In this document: piece by piece, positions 36,743 through 43,007 of the stretch
Numbering within the stretch: position 1 is the stretch's first letter
How the letters are laid out: each line of letters begins with the position of its first letter
From: Octopus bimaculoides
Taxonomy: Eukaryota
Direction: 5' to 3'
Length of the DNA stretch: 43,007 nucleotides
NCBI RefSeq assembly: GCF_001194135.2
Contig: NC_068996.1
Location: 3,890,654-3,933,660, forward strand
Program-made: the position numbers and the translations under genes
The notes under the pieces: model-generated
The model's database searches: none
What the model saw: only the letters and a program-made list of their open reading frames with translations
What the model was told of the DNA's origin: nothing

Positions 36743-36871
36743 CTGTAAGAGAAAAAGGAAGCATGTTTACAATGAATAACAAGGAGCAGTTTCTGTCATT
36801 TAGTCTGCTCTAGTGACAATGACTTCTTAGACTGACTTTATTCACGGGCAATTGCTAAGAAGGTCTCATAT

Positions 36872-37030
36872 AGGTGCTGGCATGGCTGTGTGGTAAGAAG
36901 CTTGCTTCCCAACCACATGGTTCCAGGTTCAGTCCCACAGCACGACACCTTGGGCAAGTGTTTTCTACTATAGTCTCAGGACAACCAAAGCCCTGTGCTT
37001 GGATTTGGTACACGGAAACTGAAAGAAGCT
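36872..37030 (+). mobile_element. SINE family A head
   Basis: Matches 41654-41815. Confidence 0.8.
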
Positions 37031-37031
37031 C

Positions 37032-37076
<45 letters not shown>

Positions 37077-37599
37077 GGCAAAAAGAAAATGGGGGGGGGG
37101 GTTAGAAAAATGACATCCATCAGCCAGTAGACATTCTATTATGTCTATTTATTCCAAAACAAAAGGGAGTATTATAAGAATAGATACACATGCAAAGACT
37201 GTGTGCTACACAAATATATACTAGTAATACTAATAATAGTAATACATAAAAGTAAAAGATTAAAAGATCAGTTCTTTATGACCGTTTCTGCCAAGAGGCC
37301 ACGATATCCTCCATGCAAGTTCCATGTCTCTTCAGTGTTCTGTAGGGATAGGTAGATAGAGTATGTATGTATGATGTATGTGTGATGTATGTATGATGTA
37401 TGTATGTATGTATGTACTTTTGTATGTATTTGTGTGTCTATACCGATTAAATAAGTACTAGGCTTACAAAGAGTAAGTCCTTGGGTCTATTTGTTCGACT
37501 AAAAGGTGATGCTCCAGCATGGCTGCAATCAAATGACTGAAACGTGTAAAAGAGTATATGTGTGATCTTGCTAATGTGACCATATCAAAATGTCTGTTT

Positions 37600-37900
37600 T
37601 AATCTTATTACTATGACATTCATGTTGCAAGTCTCCTTCTTGTATGTCTTCTTTCAGTATAAATTGCTACTGTAACCCAGTTTTGGCAAACATTCTAATA
37701 TTAGTCATAGAAAACATCTTATGGTGATTTTAGTAAAATTTATTATGTTACTCATATTGTTGATGTTACTATCTTAGTTTGATCTAGTTTTGGTAAACAT
37801 TGTATTGTTAGTCACATTGTGATGCAACCATCTTAATGTGACCTCGTATCTCTTAAATATTCTACTATTAGTCACTGCTACAGTGGATGTCTTGCTGCAC
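37600..37900. repeat. Degenerate ~45-50 bp tandem repeat
   Basis: Recurring cagttttggcaaacattctaatattagtca / tagttttggtaaacattgtattgttagtca / taaatattctactattagtca. Confidence 0.5.
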
Positions 37901-38034
37901 AATTATCTTAAGAGATTAATTATGTTATTGTTAATTAACCTCATAATCAACCTTAATCAAGCAACATCAAAGATGCTCTATCCATGACACTCTTATCTAT
38001 TATTCAGACACAGAGTATATACAAATTTATTCAG

Positions 38035-38258
38035 CCGAGCTGGCAGAATGGTTAGCACGCCGGGTAAAATGCTTAGCGGTATTTTGTCTGTCTTTACGTT
38101 CTGAGTTCAAATTCCGCTGAGGTTGACTTTGCCTTTCATCCTTTCGGAGTCAATAAATTAAGTACCAGTTACGTACTGGGGTTGATCTAATCGACCTGCC
38201 CACCCCCCACCCGCCAAAAAAAAATTTGGGGCCTTGTGCCTAGAGTAGGAAAGAATAT
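38035..38258 (+). mobile_element. SINE family B, tail type 1
   Basis: Full-length match to the 20985 copy. Confidence 0.88.
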
Positions 38259-38734
38259 GTCCTTTCTTTCTTTAAATCAGTAAAATATGATTTGGGGAAG
38301 ACTTGGCTGCTATTTTTGTTAGATCAAGTGGCCACCCTGCCCCTTCTAAGTTATCTAGGTTATCTTATTATGTTGAAGTTGATGATATACTCCGCATATT
38401 GAGCATATTGTACATTGAAAACCCAATCAGAACTTTATTATATGCAACTAAAACTTGACTTAATTTAAGCAAGGTGAGATTGTGAGATTGGTTACAGTAA
38501 ATACTACACATTGTCAACTCCCATAAAAAATATTGTACCTTATTGCTTCTATGCATTTATTAATTGTACTTTTCCTATTCATTTTTTTAAAGGTAAGTCT
38601 TCTAAAGCAATTTGGACACCATAACTTCTCAAAAGAATGAGTAAGAGCAATTACAAAAGCACTTTATTAATTTTCTCTCTCTCTTGTCCCTTTAGACTTC
38701 TTTATTAATATTCATATTCTATTTTGCACTTTAA

Positions 38735-38960
38735 TTCTTTAGCATTTAAACTGACCATATCCAGCCCAAATATTCTACGTTTCATGTCCTAACTGGTCAG
38801 ATGTGACCTCTCACGCCTCTCCTACAATGTTATTAAAACAATATACAATCATATCATTGAAATATTGAAATTATGAGATGACGCAGGGGTTAATTGGAAA
38901 TAACATGAGTTAATAAGTGTTACATTTAAGAGAATAATCTGAACGCTGGACGTTTAAAGG
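38735..38960. mobile_element. TTAA-flanked piggyBac-type MITE
   Basis: TTAA|TTCTTTAG...TAAAGG|TTAA; homologous to 7281-7499. Confidence 0.68.
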
Positions 38961-39424
38961 TTAAATTGTTTATTAATTTGGGAATGCACTTGTACTACTA
39001 CGCTAGAACATACATTTATCACCATTTAGATTTAGATTATGCAGATCTAGATTATTCGCACACATGATGTTGATTTTGCCTCTTAGTTGGAGAAAGAATG
39101 CAAAAACTTAGAAGTAAATGCCAGTAATACTCAGAGAGAAGTGGAGATAATTTCAAGAAGTTTGAAAACAATTTCAGGTAAAATAAAATTTACAAGTTTA
39201 GGGAGTAAGCCAGCTGTTTGTAAGCAAGCAAGGTTACAGCTCTTGTATATGTTTCAGCTGTATTAAACTTTATCACGTTAGCACTTTCTATTCAAGCAAG
39301 CTTTTATTAGTTGATAAACCTATTAAAGTAGAAAAATTGGTTATGGAGATTTAGAGCAGTAAAATTTGCATAAGTGAACCCATGGAAATAACTCAGCCTG
39401 AAAGTACTCTATAATGTTTTAGCC

Positions 39425-39479
<55 letters not shown>

Positions 39480-39680
39480 CTTTTCTACTAAAGGCACAAG
39501 GCCTGAAATTTTGGGGTAGGGGTCTAATTGATTACATCGACCCCAGTATTTCACTGGTACTTAATTTATCAAACCTGGATGGATGAAAGGCGAAGTCGAC
39601 CAGGGTGGAATTTGAACTCAGAACATAAGGACGGACGAAATACTGCTAAGCATTTCGCCTGGCGTGCTAACGATTGTGCC
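39480..39680 (-). mobile_element. SINE family B, tail type 1, with (AAT)n tract at its 3' side
   Basis: Reverse complement of the 38035 copy; (AAT)n 39426-39479. Confidence 0.85.
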
Positions 39681-39820
39681 AGAAAAATAACAACAACAAC
39701 AACAACAATAAAATAATAAGGAACAACTATAAGGCTTTATGAAACTAAGTTATGGGGATGTAAATATCGGTTGTCAAGTGACGGCAGGGGAGGGAGGAAC
39801 AAACACACACACATAAACAC

Positions 39821-39954
<134 letters not shown>

Positions 39955-40026
39955 ATATATGTATATATGCATACATAAGATGTTATAATAAAACATAATG
40001 ACCAATTTTCCGTTTTCATTCTGCCC

Positions 40027-40074
<48 letters not shown>

Positions 40075-40114
40075 GCGTACGTTTCAGAGTGGCAGACAGA
40101 CAGACTGACAGGTT

Positions 40115-40146
<32 letters not shown>

Positions 40147-40655
40147 CATAGATAGATGCATGTAGTTGTAAGAAAAATAAGAAAAACAAAAAAGACGAAA
40201 GCACCTTAAAATTACTCTTTTAGCCAGTCTAAAGATACAGCATAAAATAATTTATTCTGGAAAACAATGTTGAACTTTTTTTCTATATGATACACTGCTT
40301 GACGGGTGTATATTTTGTGTGTATGAGTATAAGAGCAATAAAATATACACCCTGTGAGAGTAACGTCGTCGCTTCTTAATCTTCACCCGGACATGCTAAC
40401 ATAACAGCCAAATTCCTTTTTTGCTTCTTATCATATACGTTTCCGACTTTAAAGGACACAGTGGACATTATGACGATAAATACACTTTGCTGATCTGGCA
40501 CTAAACAATAATAACAAGAATATCAACATGTCCTTTCTTTGACTCGTAATGCGGGAAATCAATTTCTATCTCGGACGTCGACGCGACTCTGATATAAAAA
40601 AAAAACATATAGACATACACACGCTATACATACATCAGTAAAAGGTAATGCTTAC

Positions 40656-40733
40656 TTCTGCTATATTCCAGCCATGGAAAAGGTCAACATTGTTAATAAA
40701 AATTGTCTTAGGTGTTCTTTCAGCATTTGCCAT
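40656..40733 (-). CDS. AK7: AK7 coding exon 1 (MANAERTPKTIFINNVDLFHGWNIAE)
   Basis: ATG at 40733; 78 nt; donor GAA|GTAAGC, phase 0; resembles the AK7 N-terminal 'VFINLLDSY..GNIGK' segment (recalled); joins exon 2 in frame. Confidence 0.85.
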
Positions 40734-40759
40734 GTTGTCCTTCGGTGGCGTGTCAGCAA

Positions 40760-40772
40760 GTTGCCTAGCAAC
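40760..40772. promoter_or_regulatory. RFX-binding X-box (GTTGCCTAGCAAC)
   Basis: Near-palindromic match to the GTNRCC-N0-3-RGYAAC consensus, 26 nt upstream of the AK7 ATG; AK7 is a ciliary gene. Confidence 0.75.
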
Positions 40773-41274
40773 AAAATTCTTTGATCAAAGGGAGATAACT
40801 TTGCTACACCAAATGAAAATGATTGACTCTTTACTCTTTTACTTGTTTCAGTCATTTGACTGCGGCCATGCTGGAGCACTGCCTTTAGTCGAACAAATCT
40901 ATTCGTTTTTTGTTTGTTTCTTTTTTTTAAATTTTCGCCTCTATTTATCTTGTTCATGTGGATAGTACTTCAGGGGATTGATTTGGAAAAATATATTAGT
41001 GGTAACTATTTTCCGCAAATCTGAAAGAATTTTAACTCAGCCGTTTGATGCGTAGTTTTTGTTACACAGAAGACAACTGAATACAAGAACAGCAACCACC
41101 ATAACAACCAGCCAACCAACCAACCAACCAACCAATCAAAATCTGCCTCAAATCTCGTAGTTTCGTTTAAGAAAAACGAAGGCACAAAAGATAATGTTGA
41201 TCATAGATGTATTAAACTATGGTCACAGATCTACTCAACCAGGGTCGTGCTGAGGTTGAACAACAATAGATAAT

Positions 41275-41455
41275 CCCTTCTATATGCACAAGGCCTGAAA
41301 CTTTGGTAGGAGGGGACTAGTCGACCCCCTGTGCTCAACTGGTACTTAATTTCATCGACCCCGGCGGAGTTTCAACTCAGAGCGTAAAGATGGACAAAAT
41401 GCCGCTAAGCATTTTGCCTGGCGTGCTAATGATTCTGCCAGTTCGTCACCTTTAA
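41275..41455 (-). mobile_element. SINE family B with internal deletion
   Basis: Reverse-complement match. Confidence 0.8.
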
Positions 41456-41653
41456 ACAAAAATAGATAATATCAACATTACATACGATAATGGAGGAAAA
41501 CTGAGTTTTTGTTAGACTTACTAAAAACAGCAAAAAAACAAAACAAAAAAAAACTCACACAAATATTCTTCAAACTACATCTTAACATTTTTTAAAGGTA
41601 AACTATTGGATAAAACAGTTTGAGCTACGCTATACCTCAATTAGTTAATTATA

Positions 41654-41817
41654 GGCGTAGGAGTGGCTGTGTGGTAAGTAGCTTGCTTACCAACCACATG
41701 GTTCCGGGTTCAGTCCCACTGTGTGACACCTTGGGCAAGTGTCGTCTACTAAAAGCCTCGGGCCGACCAAAGCCTTGTGAGTGGATTTGGTAGACGGAAA
41801 CTGAAAGAAGACCGTCG

Positions 41818-41856
<39 letters not shown>

Positions 41857-42072
41857 GTGTGTGTATGTTTGTGTGTCTGTGTTTGTGCCCCCACCATCGC
41901 TTGACAACCGTTGCTGGTTTGTTTACGTCCCAATAACTTAACGGTTCGGCAAAATAGACAGATAGTATAAGTACTAGGCTTATAAAGAATAAGTCCTGGG
42001 ATCGATTTTCTCGACTAAAAAAGGCGGTGCTCCAGCATGGCCGCAGTCTAATGACTGAAACAAGTAAAAGAG
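41654..42072 (+). mobile_element. SINE family A, full length
   Basis: tRNA-like head (TGGCTGTGTGG ... GGTTCAGTCCC), internal microsatellite, conserved tail. Confidence 0.9.
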
Positions 42073-42329
42073 TATAAGAGTAAATGAATAAACAGATAAA
42101 ATAAATAAATATTTAAATAAATAAATAAATATTTAGATAAATGTACCCTGCATGGCCACAATATTTGGGTTGAAAAAAAAAACGCATAAAAGAATAGAAA
42201 ATAATTTGATAAATATAAATATGCGATAGTCATGGTTGGAAGACTGTTTCACATTAGTTCTGTTAGGTCAACTTGATCTAATCATAACCGCAGTTAATAC
42301 ATCTGCTAATATATAATGGGGAAGCCTTA

Positions 42330-42490
42330 TCAAGGTGGCGAGCGGGCAGAAACTTTAGCACACCGGGCGAAATGCTTAGCGGTATTTCGCCTGTCTTTAT
42401 ACCTTTCATCCTTTAAGGGTCGATAAATTAAGTAATCGACTAGTCCGCTCCCACAAAATTTCGGGCCTTGTGTCTAGAGTAGAAAAGATT
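42330..42490 (+). mobile_element. SINE family B with internal deletions
   Basis: Head and tail type 1 joined. Confidence 0.75.
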
Positions 42491-42679
42491 ATTAATTCAG
42501 TTTAATTTCGTGCTATATATTTGTATCCCGAGTTAAGTTTACATTATTTGCATCTTGTATCCCGCATTTTGAATAGAAATACACAGTTTCTATGCCTAAT
42601 TTGAGAAATACCAATGCTAGTCATAGAATGGTCAGTGTTGCAGCCAATGACAACAATCACCATACACCACTATATACTA

Positions 42680-43007
42680 TTGTTGTTGTTGGCACTCCGT
42701 CGTTTACGACGTCGAGGGTTCCAGTTGATCTGATCAATGGAACAGCCTGCTCGTGAAATTAACGTGCAAGTGGCTGAGCACTCCACAGACACGTGTACCC
42801 TTAACGTAGTTCTCGGGGATATTCAGCGTGACACAGTGTGACAAGGCTGACCCTTTGAATTACAGGCACAACAGAAACAGGAAGTAAGAGTGAGAGAAAG
42901 TTGTGGTGGAAGAGTACAGCAGGGTTCGCCACCATCCCCTGCTGGAGCCTCGTGAAGCTTTTACGTGTTCTCGCTCAATAAACACTCACAATGCCCAGTC
43001 TGGGAAT
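42680..43007 (-). mobile_element. SINE-like repeat family D (possibly the Nin/Deu-domain, OR2-type octopus SINE), 5' end beyond the window
   Basis: GC-richer block ending in a (CAA)n tail on the minus strand; resembles a recalled octopus repeat; family name tentative. Confidence 0.5.

Noticed and set aside
4070-39680. Block-wise orientation of SINE-B copies (mostly minus before 14.5 kb, plus after), hinting at an inversion
   Set aside because: Too few copies, and the AK7 exons are collinear across the switch.

Overview
AT-rich, microsatellite- and SINE-dense eukaryotic genomic DNA with five assembly gaps. The repeat families look like those of Octopus (inference). One protein-coding gene spans nearly the whole window on the minus strand: the 5' part of adenylate kinase 7 (AK7). 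I reconstructed ten GT-AG coding exons (40733 to 2287) that splice into a single 351-codon open frame. An RFX X-box lies 26 nt upstream of the ATG, and the P-loop kinase exons were not seen (probably left of the window). The introns hold tRNA-derived SINEs, two mariner remnants, Tx1/L1-, R4/Dong- and CR1/L2-like LINE remnants, two Penelope-like elements, a Helentron/HINE-like element, TTAA MITEs and foldback elements. The most interesting non-genic signal is at the left edge: a Penelope GIY-YIG ORF end, then a tRNA-like Pol III head, an (AAT)n tract and a fully foldable minimal type I hammerhead ribozyme (415-460). Also notable is a ~1 kb foldback element whose long inverted arms both contain a SINE tail. 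TE family assignments rest on remembered protein and terminal motifs, not database searches, and repeat boundaries are approximate.
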